Positions 1 to 9,588 of a stretch of 37,481 nt of DNA are shown piece by piece. Within the stretch, counting starts at the first letter, position 1, and each line of letters begins with the position of its first letter. Source of the stretch: Clostridia bacterium (lineage in GTDB: Bacteria; Bacillota; Clostridia; HGM11514); assembly GCA_045586685.1 (NCBI GenBank), contig JAZNAU010000021.1, positions 1-37,481 on the forward strand, in the 5' to 3' direction. Both the position numbers and the translations under genes were made by a program. The notes under the pieces are model-generated. The model saw only the letters and a list, made by a program, of their open reading frames with translations, did no database searches and was not told where the DNA came from.

Positions 1-601
1 TGCCATGAAAATGTTTCCCATTACCCTTGAAGGATGTATCTGTATGGATATTGGTGCGTCTACCGGCGGATTTTCGGATTGTATGCTTCAATGCGGTGCG
101 AAAAAGGTGTATGCAGTGGATGTGGGATACGGTCAGTTAGACTGGAAGCTTCGTACCGATGAACGGGTGGTTAATATGGAACGAACCAACATTCGTTATG
201 TGGAAGAAATTGAGGATGTACTGGATTTTGTCAGTGTGGATGTATCCTTTATTTCGCTGAAGCTGGTGTTGCCTGTTGCCTTTCGTCTGCTTGGTGAGAG
301 GGGAAGCGGTGTCTGCCTGATTAAACCTCAATTCGAAGCAGGAAGAAGTCAGGTGGGAAAGGGCGGTGTTGTCCGTGAAAAGGGGGTACATCGTCAGGTC
401 ATAGAACAGGTGATGGGATATGCCCGCGACAATGGTTTTTCTATTGGCGGATTGGATTATTCCCCCATTAAGGGACCGAAAGGAAATATTGAATACTTAT
501 TATATATAACCAAAGGAACGGAAAGTGCCTACGATGTGGAGCAAACGGTAGAAACCGCTCATGAGGTACTTAATTCCGATAATGGGGAAGTGATTGTTTG
601 A
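1..601 (+). CDS. tlyA: TlyA family rRNA (2'-O) methyltransferase, 5'-truncated by the window edge
   Basis: DIGASTGGF, AVDVGYGQL, DVSFISL, LIKPQFE and SPIKGPKGNIEY motifs; canonical tlyA-nadK-argR-recN order. Confidence 0.95.
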   Translation, partial: AMKMFPITLEGCICMDIGASTGGFSDCMLQCGAKKVYAVDVGYGQLDWKLRTDERVVNMERTNIRYVEEIEDVLDFVSVDVSFISLKLVLPVAFRLLGERGSGVCLIKPQFEAGRSQVGKGGVVREKGVHRQVIEQVMGYARDNGFSIGGLDYSPIKGPKGNIEYLLYITKGTESAYDVEQTVETAHEVLNSDNGEVIV

Positions 602-1443
602 AGTGTTTTTTGCTGAAGCCAAATCCAAAAATGAATCAAGTATTGGAAGGAATCCGTGATACGGCTCGTTCTCTTCAAGATTTGGGCGCTAAGGTGCTGA
701 TGGAAGAAAAATACCGTAGTCTTGGAGAAATAAAAGGACTTGACTACTGTTCTTCTAAACAAGCAGAGCGGGAGGCTCAGGCTGTTTTGGTGCTGGGGGG
801 AGACGGAACACTGCTCCGCGCAGCACATGAAACCAATTTGCCTTTGTTGGGAATAAACTTTGGACATCTTGGATTTATCAGCGAACTGAAAAAGGGAGAA
901 AATGATTTGTTTTCACGTCTGATTGAAGACGATTTCCGAATTGAAAGCAGAATGATGCTTCAATGTGTTTGTGTTCGGGAGGGACGGGAAAGCGAACCCT
1001 TTTATGCGTTGAATGATATTGTAGTTTCCCGAGAAACGGGAGAATCTATTTTAAGTATCAATTTACTGATAGACGGTGCCTATGCAGATACTTATCTTGC
1101 AGACGGCTTGATTGTAACAACACCTACCGGTTCTACGGCCTATGCTTTATCTGCAGGAGGGTCGATTTTAGAGCCTGATGTGGAAGCGGTGGGAATTACC
1201 CCTGTTTGCCCCCATATGCTTAGAGCCCGATCTCTGGTGGTTTCTTCTCAAAGGAGAATTGCTCTGATGCTGGCGGAGGAGAAAACTGCCCATGTGGTAG
1301 CGGACGGAATTGCACTGTACGATATTCGGGCAGAAGACCGATTGGAAATCAGTAAGGCGAAAAAGGAAACCCGACTGATTCGGGTACACAGCCGCAGTTT
1401 TTATGATATTTTGCATGAAAAGTTGGGAAGTGATACACATTGA
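598..1443 (+). CDS. nadK: NAD(+) kinase
   Basis: LGGDGT, GINFGHLGF, ALND, DGLIVTTPTGSTAYALSAGG motifs. Confidence 0.95.
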   Translation: MKCFLLKPNPKMNQVLEGIRDTARSLQDLGAKVLMEEKYRSLGEIKGLDYCSSKQAEREAQAVLVLGGDGTLLRAAHETNLPLLGINFGHLGFISELKKGENDLFSRLIEDDFRIESRMMLQCVCVREGRESEPFYALNDIVVSRETGESILSINLLIDGAYADTYLADGLIVTTPTGSTAYALSAGGSILEPDVEAVGITPVCPHMLRARSLVVSSQRRIALMLAEEKTAHVVADGIALYDIRAEDRLEISKAKKETRLIRVHSRSFYDILHEKLGSDTH

Positions 1444-1883
1444 AAACCTCAAGACACGGAAAAATTTTAGACATTATTCGAGAAAACAGCATCAAAACTC
1501 AAAAGGAACTGGCTGACTTTTTAGAACAAAGCGGTGTGAAGGTAACCCAGGCAACCCTGTCTCGGGATATTAAGGATTTAAAGCTGATTAAGGTGCACAA
1601 TGACAGTGGAGAAATGGTGTATGCTGTGGGTGGAGAGGAACCCCGTTACCATACCGGCGGTACGATTTTCAGTGAATCAGTGCTGAGCGTAGACTATGCC
1701 ATGAACATCGTCGTTGTAAAGACTCTGAGCGGGATGGCACAAGGGGTTGGCTCTTTACTGGATCGGATGAATATACCCGAAACTCTTGGCTCTATTGCCG
1801 GAGACGATACTATTATGATGATAACCCGTACAGAAGAAGAAGCAAAAAAAGTGGCATTTGAACTGGAAGATGGAATGAGATAA
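1440..1883 (+). CDS. argR: Arginine repressor
   Basis: VTQATLSRDIKDL HTH and GSIAGDDT arginine-binding motif. Confidence 0.95.
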   Translation: MKTSRHGKILDIIRENSIKTQKELADFLEQSGVKVTQATLSRDIKDLKLIKVHNDSGEMVYAVGGEEPRYHTGGTIFSESVLSVDYAMNIVVVKTLSGMAQGVGSLLDRMNIPETLGSIAGDDTIMMITRTEEEAKKVAFELEDGMR

Positions 1884-1901
1884 GATTTGGAGGTGGCATC
1901 C

Positions 1902-3578
1902 ATGCTCATCAGCCTGCAAATTGAACAAATTGCGGTTATTGAAAAGGTAACCTTAGAACCCACGTCAGGATTTTTGGTATTAAGCGGTGAAACGGGAGCA
2001 GGAAAATCTATTATCATTGATTCTATCAATATGGTACTGGGAGAACGAACCTCCAAGGATTTGATTCGGACCGGTGCGGAAAAAGCAAAGGTTCAGGCTT
2101 TGTTTTCTTTGGATGAGAAAACTTGTAAAATGCTGGAGGAACGAGGGGTATCGAGCGAGGACGGTCAGGTATTGATAACCCGTGAGCTTTATCGGGACGG
2201 AAGAAGCGTCTGTCGTATTAACGGAGAGTTATCTACAGCAGGGACAATCAAGGCAGTTTCTCCCTTGCTTTTGAATATTCACGGTCAGCATGACAATCAG
2301 TTGCTTTTACAAAACGGAAAGCATATTGATTTGATTGATGGGTTTGCAAAAAACGAAAAAGAACGCGAAGCTTGCCGTACGGCTTTTGAAGAAGTAAAAG
2401 CAGTCAGACAGGAAATAGAACAACTGCAATCAACAGAAGGGAATGCCCAGCTTCAGGAGTTGTACCGTTATCAAATACAGGAGATTGAACAAGGAAAGCT
2501 TCGCGTAGGAGAGGAAGAAGAATTACGGGAACAGCTGAAATTGTTAGAACATATAGAAACCATTAGTCAGAATACAGAAATGGCATATGACTATTTATAT
2601 GGTAACGAGGGTGCTCACGATGCCCTTTCCCGTGCTTTGGATGCATTGGAAAAAGCGGCGGTTTATGATAAAGAGCTGGAACCCTTAAGCCAAAGCTTGG
2701 AAGAAGCGGCGACATTGATGGACGATGCCTCCCATGAGCTTCGGGATTATACTCAAAGACTGGAACGTGATCCCGATGCTTTGGAACGGACGGAAAATCG
2801 TTTGGAAGAAATTCGTAAATTAGAACGAAAATACGGTGCAACGGAAGAAGCGGTACTCGCTTATTATAACGAAATCAAAGAAAAAACAGAAGGCTTTGAA
2901 AACAGTGAAGAAAAGTTGGCAAAACTTCAAAACCAATTAAATGAAAAGCAAATATTGTTAGAACAAGCATCCTCCCGCTTGGGGGAAACCAGACGGAAAG
3001 CAGCAAAAAAGCTTGAGCAGGACGTTATGGAACAGCTCAGCCTTCTTGATATGGGGAAAATGCGGTTTTCTGCCCAATTTACACCCTGTGATCCGGGCGA
3101 AAACGGCGGGGAAAAGGCGATGTTTTTGTTATCCTCAAATCCGGGAGAGGACTTAAAGGAACTTTCTAAAATTGCCTCAGGCGGGGAATTGTCTCGTATT
3201 ATGTTGGCGTTAAAATCTGTACTGGCAGACGCGGATCCTGTAGGAACTCTTATTTTTGACGAGATTGATACCGGTGTCAGCGGACGAGCAGCCCAAAAAA
3301 TAGCGGATAAGCTGTCAGGCTTGTCCCGTTCCAAACAGGTCATTTGTATCACACATCTTCCACAGATTGCAGCCATGGCGGACGGACATTTTCTGATTGA
3401 GAAACAGGAGATAGAAGGAAGATCGTCCACAAAAGTAACGTTACTTGACAAAGAAGCCAGACTCTATGAGCTTGCCAGAATGCTCGGCGGGGTCAGTGTC
3501 ACAGACCTTACGGTGGCGGCAGCTGAGCAAATGTTGGAGCAAGCAGATCAACAAAAACGAAATAATGAGTATTTTTAA
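1902..3578 (+). CDS. recN: DNA repair protein RecN
   Basis: GETGAGKS Walker A, IHGQH, ASGGELSR signature, FDEIDTGVSG, ITHLPQIAA; ATG 1902 follows GGAGG. Confidence 0.96.
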   Translation: MLISLQIEQIAVIEKVTLEPTSGFLVLSGETGAGKSIIIDSINMVLGERTSKDLIRTGAEKAKVQALFSLDEKTCKMLEERGVSSEDGQVLITRELYRDGRSVCRINGELSTAGTIKAVSPLLLNIHGQHDNQLLLQNGKHIDLIDGFAKNEKEREACRTAFEEVKAVRQEIEQLQSTEGNAQLQELYRYQIQEIEQGKLRVGEEEELREQLKLLEHIETISQNTEMAYDYLYGNEGAHDALSRALDALEKAAVYDKELEPLSQSLEEAATLMDDASHELRDYTQRLERDPDALERTENRLEEIRKLERKYGATEEAVLAYYNEIKEKTEGFENSEEKLAKLQNQLNEKQILLEQASSRLGETRRKAAKKLEQDVMEQLSLLDMGKMRFSAQFTPCDPGENGGEKAMFLLSSNPGEDLKELSKIASGGELSRIMLALKSVLADADPVGTLIFDEIDTGVSGRAAQKIADKLSGLSRSKQVICITHLPQIAAMADGHFLIEKQEIEGRSSTKVTLLDKEARLYELARMLGGVSVTDLTVAAAEQMLEQADQQKRNNEYF

Positions 3579-3623
3579 TAAAAAATAAGAGAAAAATATT
3601 TGTAAAATAGTGAAAAATGGCGG

Positions 3624-3652
3624 TTGAAAAGTTGCTTTAGTTGTGCTATAAT
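3624..3652 (+). promoter_or_regulatory. Sigma-A promoter of ptsH
   Basis: TTGAAA-17-TATAAT with extended -10 TG. Confidence 0.75.
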
Positions 3653-3710
3653 TAAAATATATTTTCTATAGAGTTGCTTTTGGTACACAAAAAATAGGAG
3701 AGTGGCTGAT

Positions 3711-3974
3711 TTGATTACAAAGGAGATTACCATCCAAAATTCTGTAGGCTTGCACGCAAGACCTGCAACCTTCTTTATTCAGAAAGCAAATGAATACAGA
3801 GCCAACATCTGGATTGAGATGGGGGAGCGGAGAATAAATGCAAAAAGCTTATTAGGAGTTCTCTCTTTAGGCATTGATAAAGGAACAACCATTACCTTAA
3901 ATGCAGACGGTGAGGATGAGGAAGAAGCAGTGAACGGTTTGATTCAGTTGATTTCTTCCAATTTTGCAGATTGA
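3711..3974 (+). CDS. ptsH: HPr phosphocarrier protein
   Basis: GLHARPA and NAKS; a TTG start at 3711 puts His at 15 and Ser at 46, as in HPr. Confidence 0.92.
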   Translation: MITKEITIQNSVGLHARPATFFIQKANEYRANIWIEMGERRINAKSLLGVLSLGIDKGTTITLNADGEDEEEAVNGLIQLISSNFAD

Positions 3975-3990
3975 TAAGACAGACGAAAGA

Positions 3991-4023
3991 GGCTGTGGAG
4001 CAATGTTTCCACAGCCGATTTTT
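3991..4023 (+). terminator. Intrinsic terminator/hairpin after ptsH
   Basis: GGCTGTGGA..TCCACAGCC stem followed by GATTTTT. Confidence 0.65.
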
Positions 4024-4046
4024 GTATTGGGAAAGGAGGAATTTCA

Positions 4047-5897
4047 GTGAATGAGCAGATTCAGGCAATGATAAAGACCTTGCCCGATCAACCGGGGGTA
4101 TACCTGATGCGTGATAATGCAGATTCAGTCATTTATGTAGGTAAAGCCAAGAATTTAAAGAATCGAGTACGGCAGTATTTTCAATCCTCCAAGCACCATT
4201 CCCCCAAGGTTACGGTTATGGTGAAGAACATTCACCATTTTGAATATATTGTAACGGACAGCGAAACAGAAGCGTTGATGCTGGAATGTAATCTGATCAA
4301 GAAATACATGCCTAAATATAATATTCTGTTAAAGGATGATAAGCATTATCCTTTTTTGAAGATAGAAACAGGAAAGGATTACCCGAAGGTTTTTATGACC
4401 AGAAAACGGGAACGGGATAATGCCAAGTATTATGGTCCTTATCTGAATGCAGCGGTGGCACGGGAAACCCTGGAACTTTTACGAAAGACCTTTGGACTTT
4501 ATTCCTGCAACCGAGAATTTCCGAGAGATTGCGGCAAAAGCAGACCTTGCCTGTATTATCATATGAAGCAATGTCCCGGCATTTGCACGGGAAAAATTTC
4601 TCCTGAAGAATATGCACAAATGGTTTACAATGCTGAACGTTTCTTGGAAGGAAAAACAGGAGATTTAAAAGAGGAATTTACTCATGAAATGATGCTTTCA
4701 TCTCAGAATTTAGAGTATGAAAAAGCCGCCTATTACCGTGATCAGCTGAAGAATATAGAGCAAATCACCGAAAAACAAAAAATGCTGGTTAGTGTAAAAA
4801 AAGAACAGGATTTTATCGGTTTTGCTCAGGACGGCGATGATGCTTGCATTCAGGTGTTTTTTGTCCGTGACGGAAAAGTACAGGGCAGAGAGCATTTTTC
4901 CATGAAGGGTGAAGGAAATGAGGAAGGAGCAGAGCTGCTCAGTGGTTTTGTAAAACAGTTTTACCATAACAGTAACATGATTCCAAAAGAAATTCTCCTT
5001 CAGGAAGAAATAGAAGACGGGGAAGAGATTTCCTTATGGTTGTCAACCCTTAGAGGCAGTAAGGTCACCGTGTCCGTTCCCAAACGGGGAGAGGGTAAGG
5101 CAATGATGGAAATGGTTCGTACGAATGCACTGCAATCCTTAGAAAATATTCGAAGCGCTGCCAATAAAACAAAAGCTCTCCTTTTGGAGTTAAAGGAAGA
5201 ATTGAAATTACCCGTTCTTCCCAGACGGATAGAAGCTTATGATATTTCCAACACCGCAGGGGCGGATTCTGTAGGGGGTATGGTGGTGTTTTCGGATGGT
5301 GCTCCCCTGAAACGAGACTATCGGAAATTTAAAATTAAGTCGGTGGAGGGGGCGGATGATTATGCTTCAATGTGTGAGGTGTTATTCCGCAGAATGACCC
5401 ATGGAATTCAAGAACAAAAACAAATAGAAACGGGAGAGCTGGAGCCAAGCAAAGCAAAGTTTTATCCTATGCCCGATTTGATTTTGTTAGACGGCGGGAA
5501 AGGGCATGTGAATGCGGTAAAAGCATTGATGCTGGAAAATGGATGGGAGATTGCGGTTCTTGGTATGGTCAAGGACGACCGCCACAAGACACGTGGAATT
5601 ACCAACGGGGAGCAGGAATTTTCTTTTAGCGTTTCTTCGCCCGTCTTTCGTTTTTTTGCACGGATTCAGGAAGAGGTGCACCGCCATGCCATTACTTACC
5701 ATAAGAAGGTACACAAAAAAAATCAGCTTATGTCCTCTTTGGAAGAAATTTTAGGAATTGGACCTGCAAAGAGGAAGGCGCTGTTGCAACACTTTGGTTC
5801 TGCAACAGCAATCAAACGGGCAGACATTAGTGAACTTTGCAAGGTTTCCGGCATTACGGAAGAATTGGCAAAGAGGATTTATGAAAAATATCATTGA
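4047..5897 (+). CDS. uvrC: Excinuclease ABC subunit C
   Basis: GIY-YIG (PGVY..IYVGKAKNL), Cys cluster, RIEAYDISN, DDYASM, LLDGGKG, HhH GIGP. Confidence 0.97.
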   Translation: MNEQIQAMIKTLPDQPGVYLMRDNADSVIYVGKAKNLKNRVRQYFQSSKHHSPKVTVMVKNIHHFEYIVTDSETEALMLECNLIKKYMPKYNILLKDDKHYPFLKIETGKDYPKVFMTRKRERDNAKYYGPYLNAAVARETLELLRKTFGLYSCNREFPRDCGKSRPCLYYHMKQCPGICTGKISPEEYAQMVYNAERFLEGKTGDLKEEFTHEMMLSSQNLEYEKAAYYRDQLKNIEQITEKQKMLVSVKKEQDFIGFAQDGDDACIQVFFVRDGKVQGREHFSMKGEGNEEGAELLSGFVKQFYHNSNMIPKEILLQEEIEDGEEISLWLSTLRGSKVTVSVPKRGEGKAMMEMVRTNALQSLENIRSAANKTKALLLELKEELKLPVLPRRIEAYDISNTAGADSVGGMVVFSDGAPLKRDYRKFKIKSVEGADDYASMCEVLFRRMTHGIQEQKQIETGELEPSKAKFYPMPDLILLDGGKGHVNAVKALMLENGWEIAVLGMVKDDRHKTRGITNGEQEFSFSVSSPVFRFFARIQEEVHRHAITYHKKVHKKNQLMSSLEEILGIGPAKRKALLQHFGSATAIKRADISELCKVSGITEELAKRIYEKYH

Positions 5898-5912
5898 TTT
5901 TTAAAAAAAGAC

Positions 5913-5941
5913 TTGCTAAATGATGAAAAAAAAGGTATAAT
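5913..5941 (+). promoter_or_regulatory. Sigma-A promoter of yajC
   Basis: TTGCTA-17-TATAAT. Confidence 0.65.
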
Positions 5942-5968
5942 AAAATAAAAAAGAGAGGAGTGAGTCCT

Positions 5969-6301
5969 ATGGGAACCCAAACAGGTACAATTCTTTATTT
6001 TGTCGTGCTGATTGCAATCTTTTATTTTATTATGATTCGTCCTCAACAAAAGCAGGCGAAGGCACGCAAACAAATGCTCAGCGAAATTAAAAACGGAGAT
6101 ACCATTATCACAAGTAGCGGTATTTATGGTAAAATTGTAAAGCTGAAGGATGATTATTTTATCATGGAAACCGGTCCTGACCGTGTAAAACTGAAATTAC
6201 AGCGGGAAGCAATCGGAATTGTGGAAAAATCTGCAGAAAAAGAAAAACCCGATACTCTGGAAGATCCTGATGAGGAGATTTCAGAAGAAACGCAAGAATA
6301 A
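5969..6301 (+). CDS. yajC: Preprotein translocase subunit YajC
   Basis: TM helix then FYFIMIRPQQK, GDTIIT.SGIYG; near secDF. Confidence 0.93.
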   Translation: MGTQTGTILYFVVLIAIFYFIMIRPQQKQAKARKQMLSEIKNGDTIITSSGIYGKIVKLKDDYFIMETGPDRVKLKLQREAIGIVEKSAEKEKPDTLEDPDEEISEETQE

Positions 6302-6302
6302 G

Positions 6303-6331
6303 TCATAAAAATTCCCCTTCGCAAATACAGT
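6303..6331 (+). promoter_or_regulatory. Putative sigma-E-type promoter for the TIGR04086 gene
   Basis: TCATA-16-AATACAGT resembles the SigE consensus ATA-N16-18-cATAcanT. Confidence 0.45.
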
Positions 6332-6364
6332 AAAGTAAGACTGTTTTTTGAAGGGGTGTTTTTT

Positions 6365-6763
6365 ATGGTGCGGCTTAAATTAAAAAATATAGCTTTCGGT
6401 GTGCTGACAGGCTATGGAGTGAGCTTAATTCTTTTATTGATTCTGGCAGCAGTCATTACCTTTACTAAGACCGGAGAAGGAATTTTGGAACCTGTTGTAA
6501 CAGGTGCAAACTTTTTAGGAATTTTTGTGGCAGGTCTGTGGTCGGTACGACACGTTACTTCCGGCGGATGGTTGGTTGGGGGTGTGACCGGAATTATTTG
6601 CCCCCTTATTTTAAGGCTGGTGGGAGCCATCATTTATGAAGGCGGATATTTTACTCCTGAGCTGATACCTACGGTGTTGCTGGGTTTTGCGGCAGGAGCG
6701 TTGGGCGGAATTGTGGGAATCAATTTAGGATACAAAGCAAGAAGAAAGGGAATGGCAAAATAG
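6365..6763 (+). CDS. TIGR04086/YrzE-like four-TM membrane protein
   Basis: Four hydrophobic helices, GWLVG and GALGGIVGIN motifs, conserved position after yajC. Confidence 0.8.
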   Translation: MVRLKLKNIAFGVLTGYGVSLILLLILAAVITFTKTGEGILEPVVTGANFLGIFVAGLWSVRHVTSGGWLVGGVTGIICPLILRLVGAIIYEGGYFTPELIPTVLLGFAAGALGGIVGINLGYKARRKGMAK

Positions 6764-6767
6764 TCTG

Positions 6768-6807
6768 AAAAAAGACGGGGGAATGATAAGATTTCCCCTG
6801 TCTTTTT
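6768..6807 (+). terminator. Intrinsic terminator
   Basis: AAAAAGACGGGGGAA..TTCCCCTGTCTTTTT inverted repeat. Confidence 0.75.
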
Positions 6808-6854
6808 ACTTTTCAATGAGGGAGAAATTATTTTATAAAACAGAATAAAAATCA

Positions 6855-6883
6855 TTGCACTTTTGAAAAAAGTATGGTATAAT
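6855..6883 (+). promoter_or_regulatory. Sigma-A promoter of the orphan-secD-secF operon
   Basis: TTGCAC-17-TATAAT with extended -10 TG. Confidence 0.7.
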
Positions 6884-6923
6884 AAATTAGTATGATGATT
6901 TTTTGAACAAAAGGAAATGAAAA

Positions 6924-7277
6924 ATGAAGAAACGGTTGCTTATATTTGGGCTTATATTGTGCCTGATGCTGGTTTCCGGTTGGACGGGAAGGAACCTTTC
7001 GTTTTATTCCTTAGATACCGGAGATTTTTATTATCAGTCTGAACCGTGGACGGGTTGTATCGGAATGACGGGTGTACCAACGTCGGACAAGGCTGTGTTG
7101 TTAAGTGTGAGCGAAACCTGTTTTGGACGGGAAACGGAACAAAAACTGGTGCCCGAGGTACCATATGCGTGTTTCTCTTTTGACAGGGTTTTATGTATCA
7201 AAAAATATGAGGTGACTGTTCCTGAACTTTGGAACAACGACCAACTTAATTTAATTGCGATGACACCCAGAGCTTGA
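6924..7277 (+). CDS. Hypothetical exported protein (117 aa)
   Basis: AAAGGA RBS, MKKR + hydrophobic signal peptide, directly after a consensus promoter. Confidence 0.65.
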   Translation: MKKRLLIFGLILCLMLVSGWTGRNLSFYSLDTGDFYYQSEPWTGCIGMTGVPTSDKAVLLSVSETCFGRETEQKLVPEVPYACFSFDRVLCIKKYEVTVPELWNNDQLNLIAMTPRA

Positions 7278-7327
7278 TTCTTTGGGGGTTTCAACAATAT
7301 AAGAAAAATTTGTTAGGAGGAATTGTT

Positions 7328-8629
7328 TTGAAGCAAAAAAGCATTGCAATCTTTGCGCTGACCACTCTTGTGGTTATTGCGCTTTCTGCCTTCGCTGCAT
7401 TTGGAATTCCAGGAACAGTGCCCGGAGTTTTGGACGAAGGTACCGAACATTACGGAATCCGTCAGGGATTAGATCTGGTGGGCGGTTCCAGAATTGTATT
7501 TGAAGCAACGGATAAGGAAGGAAATGCGGTATCTCCTTCTGCGGATGAAATGACAACAGCCGTTAGTATGTTGAAGGCTCGTCTGGATGCTCTTAATTAT
7601 ACGGAAGCTACAGTTGCAAAACAGGGTGACAACCGTATTGAGGTTGAAATCCCCTCTGTATCCGATCCGGAAGAAGCAGTTCAGAAGCTGGGTGCTACTG
7701 CTGTTCTGACCTTTACTGATGCTGACGGAAACGTTGTCATGGAAGGGTCTGATATTGACTCTGCCTCTGCTGCATTTGATGTAGTGGATGAAAGCGGTGT
7801 AAGTCAGCATCATGTGAAGTTGGTTTGGAAGGAAGAAGCGGTTTCTAAATTTGCAGCAGCCACTTCTGCTGCCGCTGCTAAGATCAGTGAAAGTAAAAAC
7901 TATATTACCATTATGCTGGATGAAGATGAGATTTCCAGTCCTGCTGTAGCACAGGAAATTAACAGCAGCGAGTGTATTATCTCCGGTGATTTTGATGCGG
8001 AATATGCAAAATATCTGGCAGGTGTGATTCAGGCAGGTCAGTTGCCTTTTGGTTTGAAAGATATTGAATTAAAGAGCGTTGGACCTACTTTAGGTGACAG
8101 AGTGTTAAGCACCAGCTTGATTGGCGGCGGTATCGGTGTGTTGCTGGTAATGCTGTTTATGTTATTGTACTATGGTGTAGCAGGTCTGGCGGCTGATATT
8201 GCTCTTCTCGGCTATATAGCTTTGATGGGAATAATAATGGCTGTGGCAAAAGTAAACCTGAGCTTGTCCGGTATTGCAGGTATTATTCTGGGTATCGGTA
8301 TGGCGGTTGACGCGAATGTTGTTATTTATGAGCGCATTAAGGAAGAGTTGAACAACGGAAAGACCGTTCGTGCTTCTGTTGATGCAGGTTTTCACCGTGC
8401 TCTGACCGCGATTGTTGACGCGAACATTACTACCATGATTGCAGCTGTTGTTCTGTACTTCTTTGGTATGGGTTCTGTAAAAGGCTTTGCAATCACATTG
8501 GGTCTGGGTATTATCGTAAGTATGTTTACTGCTGTTGTAGTAAGCCGTGTGTTGTTGAAACAACTGGTGGGCATCGGAGTATCGAACCCCCGTGCATTTG
8601 GTGTGAAAGTGAGGAAGTCAGATGATTAA
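7328..8629 (+). CDS. secD: Protein translocase subunit SecD
   Basis: GLDLVGG, VGPTLG, GMAVDANV.IYERIKEE, IVDANITT; TTG 7328 follows AGGAGG. Confidence 0.95.
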   Translation: MKQKSIAIFALTTLVVIALSAFAAFGIPGTVPGVLDEGTEHYGIRQGLDLVGGSRIVFEATDKEGNAVSPSADEMTTAVSMLKARLDALNYTEATVAKQGDNRIEVEIPSVSDPEEAVQKLGATAVLTFTDADGNVVMEGSDIDSASAAFDVVDESGVSQHHVKLVWKEEAVSKFAAATSAAAAKISESKNYITIMLDEDEISSPAVAQEINSSECIISGDFDAEYAKYLAGVIQAGQLPFGLKDIELKSVGPTLGDRVLSTSLIGGGIGVLLVMLFMLLYYGVAGLAADIALLGYIALMGIIMAVAKVNLSLSGIAGIILGIGMAVDANVVIYERIKEELNNGKTVRASVDAGFHRALTAIVDANITTMIAAVVLYFFGMGSVKGFAITLGLGIIVSMFTAVVVSRVLLKQLVGIGVSNPRAFGVKVRKSDD

Positions 8630-9518
8630 TATTGTTGAAAAGAAAAATATCTTCTTTATTATTTCCATTGTTCTGATTGTAATCGGTATTGTGTCCATGA
8701 TTGCACAGGGTTTTGCGATGGATATTGAATTTCAGGGCGGTATCAATGTAACTGCTGCTTTGGGTCAGGAATTTGAAAACAAAGATGTTGAAACCTTGGT
8801 AAAAGATGCAATCGGCGTGACTCCTTCTTCTGTTCAGAAGTCCGGAGAAAACGGTGAAGATGTTATTATCAAGATTATGTATCAGGGAAACAACAAAGAA
8901 CTTGGAAGTGAAGACCGCGAAAAGCTGACAAACGCTTTGGTTGAAAAATACGGTATTGACGCGGATGCAATTTCTATTAGTAATGTAAGTGCTACCGTCG
9001 GTAAGGAAATGCTGCAGAAGTCATTCCTGTTGTGCCTGATTACCGTTATTTTGATGCTGGTTTATATCACCATCCGTTTTGAGTTGATGTCCGGTGTTTC
9101 TTCGGTTATCGCTTTGATTCACGATGTACTGATTATGCTGAGCTTTTATTCTCTGTTCCAGATTCCTGTGAACTCTACCTTCATTGCGGCTATTCTGACC
9201 ATTTTGGGTTATTCCATCAATGCCTCTATCATGGTATTTGACCGGATTCGGGAACGCCGTCGTGTTGCAACAAAGAAAACAGTTCTTAACGATTTGGTAA
9301 ACGAAAGCATTTTGAGCACCATGGGTCGGTCTATCAATACTACCATTACAACCTTGCTGACAGTTGCTCTCCTTTGTGTATTTGGTTCTATGATGGGAAT
9401 TACCTCTTTGGTAGAATTTACTCTGCCTATCATTGTTGGTGTTATTGCAGGGTTTTATTCTTCCGTGTTTATTGCAGGTCCTTTCTGGGCAATGTGCAAG
9501 GGCGGAAAGAACAAATAA
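8622..9518 (+). CDS. secF: Protein translocase subunit SecF
   Basis: IEFQGG, IRFE, ALIHDV, LTILGYSIN..FDRIRE, RSINT. Confidence 0.95.
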   Translation: MINIVEKKNIFFIISIVLIVIGIVSMIAQGFAMDIEFQGGINVTAALGQEFENKDVETLVKDAIGVTPSSVQKSGENGEDVIIKIMYQGNNKELGSEDREKLTNALVEKYGIDADAISISNVSATVGKEMLQKSFLLCLITVILMLVYITIRFELMSGVSSVIALIHDVLIMLSFYSLFQIPVNSTFIAAILTILGYSINASIMVFDRIRERRRVATKKTVLNDLVNESILSTMGRSINTTITTLLTVALLCVFGSMMGITSLVEFTLPIIVGVIAGFYSSVFIAGPFWAMCKGGKNK

Positions 9519-9524
9519 GAAAAC

Positions 9525-9567
9525 ACATCAAAAAAGCGTGTCGGTGTCCGACACGCTTTTTTGATGT
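9525..9567. terminator. Bidirectional terminator between secF and the DUF1540 gene
   Basis: Perfect 20-bp inverted repeat ACATCAAAAAAGCGTGTCGG-TGT-CCGACACGCTTTTTTGATGT. Confidence 0.9.
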
Positions 9568-9588
9568 TCGGGGGATAGGCTTTTGCTT

